Shown: in pieces, positions 13,622-27,699 of the stretch
Position numbering within the stretch: position 1 is the stretch's first letter
Layout of the letters: each line of letters starts with the position of its first letter
Assembly (NCBI GenBank): GCA_016748015.1
Contig: JAAOMT010000697.1
Span: 1,247,308 to 1,311,307, forward strand
DNA length: 64,000 nt
Direction: 5' to 3'
Source of the DNA: Geosiphon pyriformis uo1
Taxonomy: Eukaryota; Fungi; Glomeromycota
Translations under genes and position numbers: made by a program
The notes under the pieces: generated by a model
Seen by the model: only the letters and a program-made list of their open reading frames with translations
What the model was told of the DNA's origin: nothing
Databases searched by the model: none

Positions 13622-14663
13622 ATACATTAAAAACTTAATTAGATAGGTATTTTTTAAAGTTAATAAAGTTTGCTAGTAGACTTCGAATTATAATTAATTT
13701 ATAAAAAGTCTATTCTAACTAATTGATTCGACTTCATTAAATATTATATTAATTAAAAAAAGACACTAGTATTTTTTATAGCTTTATAAAACTTTTTTAA
13801 TATATTTTGGTCTTGCTAAACAATTTTTTATTTAAAATACTTTAACTTAAAAGACAAGAGCTTACAGAAAAAGTAGCAAAATGAATTACTCTCAAACTTT
13901 ATCTATTTTCAAAACTTACATTTAAAGAAATTATATTTTAAATTTCAATATACTTAAATTTCTTTTTTTGAGCAAATCTTACTGATTGTTTCATTAAAGC
14001 CAAATTATTTTTTATTTAATAAAGTAATGCCAAAATACATCAAATTTTATACTGAGTTCTAAAAGATATAACTTTTTTAAATAGATTTTGTGTAATATAT
14101 TTGTTAAGTAAAAGATGCTCAAAACAAATAAAAGTTTAAAGTTTTAACAATTTAGATTGAATATCAAAATAAATATTGAAGTTTAGCTTTTTTATAATGA
14201 TTTATTGACAAAAGTCATAAAGTAAATGTCTGAATTATTAACTTGTAGAAATCTAAGATAAATTTTATGCAAGTAAAAGCTAAGAAAATTATATTAAATC
14301 TGTTATTAAAGCTATTACTAAAATTGAAAAAGCGACTAGAGTGAATGAAAACCATCACAACCTTAAAACTAGATTATGTATTTAAGAAATTTATAAACTA
14401 TTAAAACCAGCAAACTATAAGTTTTTATTTAAAAATAGCAATAAGACAATAATAACTATTAATAGTTTTTGCAGTTATTTAAGTTCCAGATGTTTAAACC
14501 ATGTAAATAAAAGAATAAAGTAAGGTCTATTTTCAGAACTTTCTAATATTTCTGATTTAATTTTTTCAGAAATTTGAAATTCTTATTTATTAGTCTTGAA
14601 AATTCTTTTTTACCCATACAAAACATTTAAGATTTAATAATCTATTTGTGTTGCTTGAAAATT

Positions 14664-17600
14664 ATGTCTTCAAAATTATCAATTGAAAACCCAACTTTAT
14701 TCTTTGACTGATTTGAAGGAATATTTATAGTTATCAATAAAAGTTTGTTCATTTTTCTAGCTAGTAAATATTCAAAAGTTGTTGACTTAGTTAAAATTTA
14801 TCTTGTACACAATCAGAAAACTCTTAAAGACTTATTTAATTGCTTAAATAATAAAAATCCAAAGCATTTAATAGACAATATCTTGCTTGGCTTTTGTTTA
14901 GAACATGGAATTGAAACTATTCCTAATTTGACAAAAGCATTTTTAAAATTTCAGAAAGCAGCAAATGCAGAAAATTCTTTTAGACAATTTTTTTTAGATT
15001 ATTGTCATAATAATAGAATTGATACTTCAAAAGATCAAGAAAAAGCATTTGAACTCTATTTAAAAACAACAGAGATAGGACATTTAGATACACAATACAC
15101 TTTTGTAATTTGCTATGCTAACGAGGAAAAAACAACAAAAAATAAGGAAAAAACATTTAAGCTTTATTCAAAAGTTGCAGAGATAAGACATTTAGATACA
15201 CAATACAATCTTGTAATTTGTTATCAAAATGGAGAAAGAATAACAAAAAATGAGAAAAAAACATTTTAACTCTATTCAAAAGCTGCAGAAGCAGAATATT
15301 TAGATGCATAATACAGTCTTGTACTTTGTTATAATAAAAAAAAAAAACAATGAAAACTTCAGAAAAAGCATTTAAACTTTATTCAAAAGCAGCAAAAGTG
15401 AAACATTTAAATACACAATATATTGTAATTTGTTATGCTAATAGAGAAAGAATGACAAAAAATTCAAATAAAGCATTCAAACTTTATTCAAAGCAGTAGA
15501 GACAGGACATTTAGATGCATAATACACTTTTGTACTTTGTTATAATGAAGTAGAAAAAATGACAAAAAAAGAAAAAAAAGCATTCAAATTTTATTCAAAA
15601 GTTGCAAAGACAAGACATTTAGATGCACAATATGCTCTTGTACTGTGTTATGTTAATAAAGATAGAATAATGAAAAATAAGAAAAAAACATTTGAGTTTT
15701 ATTCAAAAATTGCAGAGACAGGACATTTAAATACACAATATGTTCTTGTATTTTGTTATGCTAATAGAAAAAAAACAACAAAAAATGAGGAAAAAGAATT
15801 TGAACTTTATTCAAAAGTTATAAAAGCAAGACATTTAGATACACAATACAATCTTGCAATTTGTTATGAAAATAGAGAAGAAATAATAAAAAACAAGAAA
15901 AAAGCATTTGAATTTTATTCAAAGACTGCAAGAGCACAACATTTAAATATATAATACAATCTTGCAATTTGTTATGAAATGGAAAAAAAATAACAAAAAA
16001 CGAGAAAAAAGCATTTAAGTTCTATTTAAAGGCTGCAGAGACAGAACATTTAAAATACACAATATAATCTGGCAGTTTGTTATACTAATAGATAAAAAAC
16101 AACAAAAAATGAGAAAAAAGCATTTGAACTCTATTCAAAGACTGCAAAGTAGAACATTTAAAGCACAATATGCTCTTAGAACATATTATTGAAATCGATT
16201 AAAAACAACAGAATATTTAGAAAAAGTGGAAAATCTGAATTCACAAACTAGTATTAAAACATATTATTGAAATGATGGGAAATAGTAAAAAATTATGAAA
16301 AAATATTTCAATTCTATTTAAAAACTGCAGAGACAAGAAATCAAAATACATAATATAACCTTGAATAATGTTATTAAAAAGGATAAGAAATCACAAAAAA
16401 TCTCTAAAAAGCATTTGAATTCTATTTAAAAGCAGTGAAAGTAAATAACTTATGTTATCGAAGTAATATTACTAATATCAATGTCTATAAACTTATTTTA
16501 GAAAACCAAAACAATCTTGAATATATTATTTTATGATTTCAAAATTAAGACTTTAAACATCTTGATAATTTCAACAGAGAATTTTTAGATTTTAAAGCTT
16601 TTTTTAACCAGTTTTTAGATGAATTTAAGTGTTTTAAATATGGCAACTTGAGTATAATTATTAATGGATTTCCTATATGTCTATTTTGTGATACTGATAA
16701 TAGTGATAATAATGTTTTTGAAACAGATTTGTCAAAATGTTCAGAATGTAATAACACATTAAAAGATCCACTTTTTTGAATCATTATGATTTTTAAAGAT
16801 TTAGAGAACATGAGATAGTAGAAATGATAATATTAATCAGTATATATTATTTACACAAAGTATTTTTGAAAACCGCAAAAACTGTTTGGAATAGATTTCT
16901 TTTGACAAAATCGAATTTTTTGATTAAGTGGGAGAAGAAAAATTTGGTATTGTCAAAAAAAATAGATGGGAGAATAGTAAAATTTTATTTTGGGACAAGA
17001 ATATTTAAAAGTATGAATGAACTGGGATTACAAAAGTTGTTTTGAAATATCTTAAAAATAGCCAAAATATAAAACATATTAATTCAGATAAGATATTTTT
17101 TTTTAAGAAATCTATGTGATTTTTATTATTCCAATTTCTTTTTTAAACTAAAAACTGTATTTGTATAGTTTATTGTGCATCATCAAAGTGCCACCTGCAA
17201 ATACATTATTAAATGCTATGGAACCAAAAATCTTATAACTAATGAATTTATTATAGTTTTACTATTTATAGAACACAGGAACTTCAAAGCTTGTCTCAAG
17301 TAAAAATATCTTCATTTAACTTGAGAAATATTTGTTTATATTTTTTTTTAAATTGTTGGTGGGCTAAAATTTATACATAAATTAGAACTAGTGCATAGAG
17401 ATTTACATCTTAAAAATATTTTTGTTTTGAAAACAAACCTCTTAAAAATTGTTATTTCTGATTTTGGCCTCTGTTGTCTTGCAGATGATGCTCTACAATC
17501 TAGAAACACTTATGATGTTCTTGAGTATCTTGCACCTAAAATTTGCAAGGGTGGTTTTTATACTAAATATAACAATATATATAGCTTTGCTATTATTTTA

Positions 17601-17700
17601 TGTAAAATTATATCAGAAGAAAGACTTTTATATGTTCAATGAATAATAAAACTTTCATTTATCATATTTAATGGTCAAGAATTTTTTGATCTAAGCATCT
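14664..17700 (+). pseudogene. Sel1-repeat - Cys-rich linker - protein kinase (TKL-like) pseudogene, copy A1
   Basis: ATG 14664 (MSSKLSIENPTL), about 14 Sel1 repeats, then CLFC...CSEC, then a decayed Gly loop (VGEEKFGIV), VVLKYLK, HRDLHLKNI, ISDFGLC, EYLAPKI and NIYSFAII. Probable intron ~17090-17168. Many stops and frameshifts. Paralog of 47756-49785. Confidence 0.92.
14930..16445 (+). repeat. Coding tandem array of ~14 x 108-nt (36-aa) Sel1-like repeats
   Basis: The KAFELYSKAAE.GHLDAQY.L..CY.NG..TTKN unit recurs at ~108-nt spacing (e.g. ~15046, 15153, 15261, 15368, 15473, 15580, 15688, 15796, 15904, 16011, 16119). Confidence 0.92.
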
Positions 17701-18699
17701 TTTTTTCCAGATCTAGATTTTTCTATTAGCATCAATCATATAAATAAAAACACACTTGACAAAATTAGTAAGTACTTTCAAATTATTTTAATATTTTTGT
17801 AATAAATTTATAAATAAATAAAAGTATATTTTATTATATTGAAAAATAAAATGTAATAAATACTATAATTAATATGGTTAAAGTTTTATCATATATTAAA
17901 TTTATACAAATATATACCTTATAAAAATATTTCAATAATTATTATTATTTATCAACTATTTGAAAAGTTTTTCAAAAAATATGACACTACATCTATTTAG
18001 TACTCTCTTGACAAAATTCACACTTGTTGCAATTATAAACATATAGACCTTTTTTATTAATTTTTTTGTTTTCCATGATTTAAATAAAAGACAAAGAATA
18101 AGAGATAAAATATAAATTAATTGCTATTGAAGAAAATTTTTTAAAGCTTTATTTAATAATATATTAGAAAAAAAAATTTCCAACAAGTTTGTATTTACAT
18201 TAGCACTGTTATAGTCAATATTTCAGAATAAGCAAAGCTAAGTGTTTTAATACATAAATTTCAGAAATACACATGTAAAAATAAAGTGTTATTTACTTTA
18301 TGTAAGACAAATTTTCAATCACATATAATATTGATATCAATTCATTTGAATAAGTGATTACCAATTTCTATTGTAAAAGAATATTTGTGTATTAATTATG
18401 TGTAAACAGGAAGAAACCGTTATTCTTATTAAGCAAAAAATCTAAGAATCAACATATTTTTTTCTTTAAACATCCATAATGTATCAATTCTAAATTTAAC
18501 TAGTCTTATTACTTTTGTCAAAGAAATTCTTAATAATATAATAAGATTATACACATTATTTACTAATTAAAAATACAGAAAAGTTTTATTTACTTCTATT
18601 TTATTTTTATCAATAATATTGTAGTATTCTAAAGCTATATATATATACATTAATAAATAAAGATCAATTTATCAAATATGTTACTTATAACTCAAATTA

Positions 18700-20720
18700 A
18701 GCAATTTATAAGTTTTAGAGTACTGCATTTGCTTCTAGCTATTTTTTTAATTTGCTTATTAAGTTCTGTCTATTATTAAAGAACATTGTATTAATAATTT
18801 ACCTAATTGATACATATTTGAAATAGTTGTATAGGAATTATTCTCATTACATATGATATTATTTCAGTCTGTCAATAAAATGTCGAATTCTTTGTTTGTT
18901 TTATTTCTATGCTTAAAATCAATAAGAACATATTTATACTCTTTAAAATTATTTGAATTATAAACAATATTTGATAAACAAATGTCACAATAAATATAAC
19001 CAAATTGATGAAATCTTTTTAGTTCTATAAGCAAACTGCATGTCATCACATATGTTGTTTACTAGTCTTTTGGTGGGTGTTTAATGCCACATGTTTTCAG
19101 TTTGATTATATATTCCTCTGGCCAATCTGCTTCAAAGATTGGTCTTTCTAAGACCTAAATGAATCCATACTAATTTTTGGCATGCTTGTACATAAGTTTT
19201 AAATGTATTGACACAATTGTTCTTTTTCTCAAAGTCATAGAGTTCACTGGCTAATATAACTTTCTTGACATAGTCTTCAAAGAAAATAATTGTAGAATTT
19301 CTGAGTTGTAGTGATTTATTGAGAGAAATTACTTTAATAGAGAAGGCATTCTTGATGATTATGGTTTTAAAAATGCAAACAGTATTGATAATTATCTTGA
19401 AAACTGTGAATTAAATATTTACATTGTCTAGGTAAAGTTCTGTAAAGAGTGGAACTAATGTCTTGCTATTAATTACAAAAAGCAAATAATATTTTTTGTT
19501 ATAGCATAACAAATTAAAAGTTTAATATTACCAAAATATAATGAATTGAGTTTACTAAACTTGAATATAAGTTTTTTTTTGGCAGTTTCTAACTTGTTTT
19601 GTGCAGCCTTTATTTCATTTTTTATTACTTGTATATTCTTAACATATTCAAGAAGATTAAGTCTAGAATTTTTGTTGCTATTGGAGTTAAACATTAAAAC
19701 AAAAACTAATAAACACTAAAAACAGCACACAAAATAATACATACGTCTCAGTTGCATTACTGGAAAATTTGATTCAAAAATTAGAGTTACAGCAGAGAAA
19801 TTCTAGATAACATATGGTTAATAAACTCACAGGTATAATTATATCTCCTTTGATTACAATTTTAGTAAACTCTATTTCAAAAAGGACATGCTTGATCATA
19901 ATGCTAATTTACTCTTTTATCTATTTTATTAAAATAGAGATAGTCATAAAGTTGTTAAAACTGACTATTGTCAAATAAGATAATATTGTCAATTATAAAT
20001 AGATTAAGAACAGCTAATATGAAAATCAAGGTCATATTTTTGCTAAGTCTAAGTAATTAATCATGAAAAGCTTTGCAAAAAAAAGTGCATTAAGGAGGTT
20101 TAGCAACTGGCCAGCATAAGTTTGATAAAGTATCAAATGACTAAATAAGGTTTGCACATATGAACTTAGTGTTTTCAGATTTTATTGTTTAAATTATTAA
20201 AAACCAAAAAACTATCAACATTGATGTATAAATCTGTGTTAAAAATTACAATACTGTTGTATGGTCTTTTTGGAAAAAATTTGATTTCTACAAGTAAAAC
20301 AACATTCAAAAATGTTAAAGTTGTAAAAAAGTAACACACATAAGTCAGAATTAGTACTCAAAGTTATAAACTCTGTTTCTAATGTCTAAGTTACAAGTCA
20401 TGAAATCGTTACCTATCTTGTTATTTCTATCAAAACATTTTGTAGTTTTTGCATTTGTGTCTTCCATTCATTTTTTTCTAATTTTAATTATTTGCTTCTT
20501 CCAACTCTTTTTTTTCTTTTACCTTTTCCTTTGCTTTTCATCTACATTTTTTTTTTCTCTCAGATTCTTCTTTAATTTTTTTAACCTATTTTTTTTCTCA
20601 CTCTTCATAAACTTCTTTAGCTTTTCAGTGTATTTTTTATACTTAGTCTTAGCTTTTTTCAATACTTGTTTAATATCTTTAATGCTCTCTATGGTGTTTT
20701 GTGTGTTGGGATGATATAGC
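18700..20720 (-). pseudogene. Crinkler-like pseudogene: coiled-coil header, REase-like segment, atypical kinase
   Basis: Kinase motifs FHQFGYIYCDICLSNIV (HxDIRxxNI), YVLIDFKH (LIDFE) and YTTISNMYQLGKLL. Upstream RLNLLEYVKNIQVIKNEIKA resembles a PD...EEK REase motif, followed by LICYAI. A K/E-rich header (20420-20715) ends at a GTAAC donor. Linking the header to the kinase is inferred. Confidence 0.6.
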
Positions 20721-21019
20721 TTAATATATGTTTGATTTGTGTCAGATCTGTATAAATTTATGTCCTATGTTCTATAATTGTTATTTTATTGTGCAATATT
20801 TATTAATATATTTATTAAAATATAATTGTTTGTTATTATTTTTTATATATTTTAACATTAAATATAAATCATTTTTTATTATAAAATAAAGACTTTAAAA
20901 TATTGTGGAATAATTTTAAATTTAGATTAAGTATATATTATTTGGAATTTGGCCAACTTCCAAACTTATAAGATTAGATTATAGAAATTTTAAAATAAAA
21001 TAAAATTAGAATATTAAAT

Positions 21020-22920
21020 ATTTGGACAAAATTCAGACCAAGTAATTTTTAAAAAAATCTAAATTTTTTTGGTTTTTGTAATTTTTTGATAAAAATTGAT
21101 AGTCTCTAAGATATTTTGTTACATATTAATTTTTTCTTATAACAAAATACAAGTTGGTATTGTGTATTTAATTTGCTATCTTTGTTGTTTTTAAATAGAA
21201 TTTAAATACTTTTTTCTTATTTTTTGTTGTTTTTTATCTATTTAGATAACACTATTTAAGATATTATTATGCTTTTTTATGTCTTATTTTTGCAGCTTTT
21301 AAATATAGTTTTTATGTTTTTTATTATTTTTTATCATTTTTTATTTATTATTATAACAAATTGCAAGATTTTGCTGTATATTTTTATTATTTACTTCTGT
21401 TATTATTAAAAAAAGTTCAAATGCTTTAATTATATCTTAAACAATTTTTTTTGAATTATTGTTATTTTATAAAATTGGCACTTTTTAAGAAAATTTTTGA
21501 TATTTGTTGTTTCTAAAATTTTAGAAATACTTTTATTAATTTAAGCTTTGTTTTAATTTTATATACTAAAGAGAACCCAAGTAAAATATAGTGAATAGAG
21601 GTTTTTATAGTGTTATTACTTAAATAAACAAAATATTTTTTGGTGTTTTTTTATTGCTCTTAAGATATTATTTTATTGTGTTAACAATTTTTAAATAATT
21701 ATTAAGCAACAAACTTTTTTTTGATGATATTAAATGGTTTTTTAATTATATTAAAGAGTTTTCATAATTGAAATTAATCTGTTAAAATTGAAATTACTGA
21801 ATGTTTTCTCAGATTCAATGTTTTTTTAAAAAGAAAAACTGAATTGCCATTCAATTTCGTTAAGACAATTAATTATTTCAATTATAGATAGGCAATTTTG
21901 TAATAATTTATTTTAACATTCAGTGTAAAATTGAACATATTTGACAGAAGTTTTTAAATTGGGTTTTTTTTGAGTTATTTTCAATAATAAAGAATATCTA
22001 CTTAATAGCTTTTATAAAAGCACTTTCAGTATATATGTATCAAATTTTTTATTTTATATATATTGAGAATTCTTAAAGCACTGTAGTTCAATATATGTTA
22101 ATTGTTTATAAATCAACAAAACTTTTACAATAAGTTTTTCTAATTTTAAAAAGGCCAAGATTCACAATTTTTATAGAATTATAGTGAACTATAATATTTA
22201 AAGAATTCTTTTTAGAAAATTCAAAAATCAAATAGTTAAATAATATCTTCTGCTTTTTAATTATATATTTTTTACTTACTAAATCTCTATGAATAACATT
22301 TTTTTATGAAGGCAGAAAATCTTCCAGGTTAGCTTTTTTGCAAGCCATAATTTTTTTACAATTTTTATTTTAGAGAAGTTTGATTTAAGATATTTATTTA
22401 TAGTTTTTCTTTTTGTATATTTTAAAACAAATATGTAGTCCTTTCGACCATTTGTTGCAATCCAAAAACTTTTTTTAATATTTTAGAAGGAGTTTGTATT
22501 TGATAACTTAAAAATTATCTTTTCCTAGAGTTTTTGTGACACTATAAAACTTCATAATAAGTCAGACTTCTTAAAAATTGCATCTTTATAAAATGAAGAT
22601 TTATTTTGAGAGTTATATTTTATAGCAAATATATTTGAAAGTGATCATATGAATGTGAGTTTATATTTCTTTAATAAATTCTGTCAACTCAGATATTACA
22701 TTTTTCAAAAATTGTTTTAACTGTTTCAATACAAATCGCAAATCTTATCAACTTGGCACTAGAAGTCTTAAAAATAGTTTAGTAATATTTATCCATATCT
22801 TTTTATAAATATGTATTAAAAAATTTAAATCTACATTTAAAAAAGCTTTAAGGCTTAAAATTTCTATAAAATCTTAATTTTAATTTTCTAAAAATTTTGT
22901 TAATTATTTTAACTCATGTT
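21020..22920 (-). pseudogene. Protein kinase - Sel1-repeat pseudogene, copy B1 (heavily decayed)
   Basis: Minus strand: FALKQLKQFLKNVISELTEFIKE (~22660-22735), CLHKKNVIHRDL|gtaagt (~22275-22315), NSLNIIVHYNSIKIVNLGL, YIELQCFKNSQY. Then ILLGFSL...FLKF and 3-4 Sel1 units (KAFELFL...NLAICY, YLKAAK). Introns at matching positions to 39166-41160. Confidence 0.8.
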
Positions 22921-25375
22921 TATTTATTAAAAAAAAGAATCAAAAGATTTTTAATTATTTATTAAGCCATACAAAAATAGATCCTAAATTTTAATTTTTT
23001 AAAAATTTTAAAATATTTTTATTCTATTTAAATTCACAAATCTTATAAAGTAATTTAATAAAATTTTATATTAATTATCAACATAAATTGTCAATTGATT
23101 CATAAATTTTATTATATTTTAAGTTTTAATGAAAGCCTTGAAAATTTTAAACATAGATTATAATATTTTAAATATTATAAAACACTAAATATTTTAACTG
23201 AGACTGAAAATTTTTAAAATAATTTTTTTGATATAAATCATTATCAAAAAAGTACTATAATTGAAATAAAAAATATTATAACCAGTTTTTTTTGTTAAAC
23301 TCTTATAAAAAATAATGTTATTTTAAGTGAATAAAAAATTTAAACTATTTAACTTGTGTCTTTAAGAAATTAAAATAAATAAAAATAACTTTTATATATT
23401 TTTTTAAATATTTGTATATAATTTTTTAATTAATAAATGAAATAGTAATATTATATATTGTAAAGTTTTAAATTACAAGTTTAAATAAATAGTGCTATTT
23501 TTTTTACATACTTTATTAAATTAAATCAAACATTGTGCAAGATATTTTCCCCTCCATAAATTTTTTCGAAACCTTTTTCTATGTTTCTTTTGACTATGTT
23601 TTAAAGATTCTAATAAAATTTAAGTTAAGAAAGTTAGATGGCTAATCAATTACTTTAGAAAAATTACTAAAAAGAATTTTTAGCTTTATGATAAATGTGA
23701 TTCAAATTGTTATGATGTTGGGATTGTCAAAATTTTTTGAATTATCTGATTTAACTGAATTTAAATTAGAAAAAGCATAGCAAATCTAGATGATATGAAT
23801 TTTTATTCAAATACTTTTTTTACATATTTTATGTTGTTTATTTTTAATACTAATGAATAAATAATAATATCTTAATTAATTAATAACTTTTTATTTATTC
23901 AATCTTATAATTTGCTAGTAAATTAAATAGTGCTTAATTAAAGAGCATATTAAATTAGGATAAGTTTTTTTAATATTTTTTATATTTAATATTTGTCTCA
24001 ATTATGATTTATTATGCATTATAGTGCTTTAATTTCGACTGCTATAACAAAAGAATTTTTATACATGATTTTCCAGCCATGAGGAGTTAATTTGTGTATC
24101 AGTTTTTTGATTTTTTTAGTCTTAAACTTTGGCTAACTAAATAAGCTCTTGTACTGATTTAATAAATTTTAAAATTTCGTCTCTAAAGAAAATTTTATTT
24201 ATATCACAAATATAATGTTAATTATTTAAAATAACATAGCTTATGAAAAATATTAGGAGAAAAAAACAGTCATTTTAAATACTTTTTACAATTTCGCAAA
24301 GTTTAAGAATGGTTTCACAGATTTTTTATATTTTTAATTAAAATTAGAATTTTTGCTAAAATTGTATTATTATAAATTGAAGTAACAAGCTAACAGATAA
24401 CCAAAATAATTTAAAAAAAAATTAATAAAATAAATGCATTAAACTAAAATGAACTAATAATCATAAAAATTATTTGTTTTCAAAACTGTTTTAAATATTA
24501 AACTTTTATGCAAAAAATTACTATAATACAAGTTTATAATATTAATCTCTGTATTATTATACCCAAAATTTTGAATATATTTCTTTTATCAAATTTAGAA
24601 AGTACCAAGAATAATTTGAGCATTAAAAAAATCACATTTGCATAAATAAATAAAAATCTATAATTAATTAAAATGAAACTTAATTTAAAAGATTTAGATA
24701 TTAGATTTTATATGACAATAAAACTCTTATCTATTTGATCCAAAAATTATTATGTGTAATCAGTTTTGACAATAATATTCTAAGATATATTAAAGTCACT
24801 TGAGCATTGATAACTCTTAAGTAATAAATCAAAATTTTCACATATTTATGATAAAAATATATTAAATGACCAGACTAAACATGATTTTTAGCAAGTACTT
24901 TTACTCATTATTTTTTTTTGAAAATGCTTAATTTTTCATTCACAGTTAATCAAATTAATACATTTTGATAGTAAGAGCAAAAAGTTTTTGATTTACATGA
25001 TAAAAAAGTATATTAAGTATGCTCAATATTGTCTAAATTTTAATATTTAAATTTGAACTTGTGTAAAAAAAATTTTAAGAATATTTAACTAGTGGTTTAA
25101 AAATAAAGTTATTATTGCTTGGACTTAAGCTAATATTAGCAATTCTTAAAGTTATTACTGAACTATTATTATTTAAAAATATTTATATTAATTATAATAG
25201 TTTAGTATATATTAGATTTCTTAAATATTTTATATTAATTATTTCAAATTTCTGAATTAAATTTCAATAGGCTTAAACAATAAACAGTAAATAACAAGAG
25301 TTTATCAAAATTGGCAATGGGTGAACAATTTTTTTATATAGATTAGATAAATATAGAAAAGATAATTAACAAATA

Positions 25376-25495
25376 TGGCTACCTTTTCTTGCTTTTCACT
25401 TTTGTAAGAAATCTTAAACTAAAACTACCTCTTCCTGCTTTTTATTCTTGTAAAAAATCTTAAACTACCTTTCTTCCACTCTTTATTCTTATAAG
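25376..25495. repeat. 3 copies of a ~40-46-bp tandem repeat
   Basis: CTACC(T/C)TTC...TTTTATTCTTGTAAGAAATCTTAAA recurs three times. Confidence 0.7.
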
Positions 25496-25599
25496 ACATA
25501 AATAACAGACTAACAATTATCAATTTCTTACCACCTAATTCTAAAATTTAATTCAGTTATTTGATGATTGATTGTTCATAAATTTCTATTTCATATTCA

Positions 25600-25965
25600 T
25601 TAGCTATTTGAATATTGAATTGTGAATTACTAGTGAGCATGGCAATTCAAATATTGAGATGCAAATTATTGGTAAATGATAGTTATTCAAATGTTGAGTT
25701 GCAAATTATTGATGGGTGATGATTATTTAAATGTTAAATTTGCACATTTTTGATGACTAGTAGTTATTTGAATGTTAAGTTGTGAAATATTGGTGAATAG
25801 TTATATTCAAATGTTGAATCACAAATTATTGATGAGTGATAATTATTTGAATGTTAAATTCATGCATTTTTGTTGGGTGATGGTCATTCAAATATTGAGT
25901 TGTAAATTATTGGCAAGTGGTGGTTATTTCACTTTTGAATTTGCAAATTATTGGTAGGCAGTGAT
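25600..25965 (-). repeat. ~9 copies of a 39-bp minisatellite (possible 13-aa coding repeat)
   Basis: Plus-strand unit ~TAGTTATTCAAATGTTGAGTTGCAAATTATTGGTGGGTGA. The minus strand gives PPLANNLQLNI-like peptides. Confidence 0.75.
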
Positions 25966-26104
25966 TATCAGTCAATTGTTGGTATTAAATTAGAGTTAAG
26001 CTCAATAGAATTTTTTTTTTCTGTCAATTTTGCCAAGTCTGTTCTATTAGCTGTGGTTTTACTAAATAGTAGATAGAAATAATTTAACCTATAATGCACA
26101 TTAA

Positions 26105-26350
26105 TAACTATAAGTGAAAACAAACATTTAGCTGGAATACAACAAGTACAGAGATTAAATAACAATTTATGTCATTGACTATAAGTAAAAGCAAACATTC
26201 AGCAAAATGGATATATGCACAAAGGTATAACAATTCATGTTATTGATCATCAGTAGAAGCAGACATTCAGCAGAATGTATATACACAGAGATATAACAAT
26301 TCATGTTATAGATTGTAAATAAAAACAGACATTTGGCAGAATGGGTGCAT
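26105..26350. repeat. 4 copies of a ~65-70-bp tandem repeat
   Basis: AAGCAGACATTCAGCAGAATG...ACAGAGATATAACAATTCATGTTAT units start near 26109, 26179, 26248 and 26313. Confidence 0.75.
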
Positions 26351-27699
26351 GCACAATGGTTAGAAAACATTACATTTGGCAATATAAAGGAGTTAAAAAT
26401 TCTGTACTTGGTTGAGTTTCTTTGGTTAAGATTGGAGTTTTTTTTGGTAAAGAATGTCTTCTTTCCTCATCTAATACTTAGAGTTAAAAAAGATATGTCA
26501 GCACTCTTACTTGTATTGTTCTTGGAAATCTGGAGATGAGAATAAACATCTCTTAGATTTTTTTAGTGTTTTTTAAATTTGTGAGTCATGAGTAGTGAGT
26601 TGTTAATCATATTGGTTATAGTTATTAGGTTTGTGAATTGGTGAATGCTAGTAATTCATTGCCAATAAAGATAAGTTTAATTCCATATAGAATAAAATTT
26701 TGCTTAAAAGCAAAAAACACTTTTTTATATATGTTACTGCTTCTAAGTTGTTGATTTTGAGATCAAAAATTACATGTTTGTTTTTCACATAAAAACACAA
26801 AAACAAGAATACAAAAATACAAAAATACAAAGATGGAATTAACTAATATATAGTAATTAAAAACAAAGCATTACTTTTTGAAACTTTGGTACTTTCTGGA
26901 AATTTTTTATATTATTATGCAGATTCTCATGACTAATACAATATTAAGCAAATACTTATGACTTATTTTTTTGACTTTGTTATCCTAAAATGGCTAAATA
27001 CAATCAGTATAAAAATCAAATTTACATTTCTCTTAAAACTGTGGGATTTATTATAACATTTAATTTAACTCTTCTCTTTGTCTAAAAAAACAATATAAAT
27101 AGTCACAGATGAATTAATTATTAAGAACATGACATCCATATCTTGTATTCAAAAAAAATTAATATACTAGACTGAATAATATAAAAAAAATAGAAAACCA
27201 CTGGGTGTAGCCAATACACGTACTTTCTGTTGTAACACGGAATCTGGAAACATGATTGTTTACTTAAAACATAGTCTCCAAACATCTAAAAGATTTCAAA
27301 ACAAGTTTAGTGTTCATTATTATTATATTTCGATCAAGATTATATTTTCAGTTTAGTTTTAACATTAGATACTAAAAAAAAATAGGAATTTAGCAATAAA
27401 CAACAAATAACAAAGAATTGAAAAAGTATTAACAATCAACAAATAATTAACTATCTAATTTAAAGACTTGAATAAAATTGAGTACATTATTTTAAATAAA
27501 TTCTATTTTATGGAAGCATATTTCCCCCTTAATTTACATAACAGAAAGTTCAAATATTGGTAAATATTTACATTTTTAGATGAATAATTGATTTAATTCA
27601 CTTGATTTAATCCACTTAAACAGGCTTATTGTCAGCCCATTTACATAAATTAGTCAAAAAATTAGGCACAATATGGAATTTTTAATTATTATAGATAAT

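Noticed and set aside
20382-20714. Phe/Leu-rich 'membrane protein' ORFs (also 3370-3558, 7408-7626, 8991-9197, 49279-49521)
   Set aside because: Antisense or off-frame shadows of A-rich decayed coding or LTR sequence.
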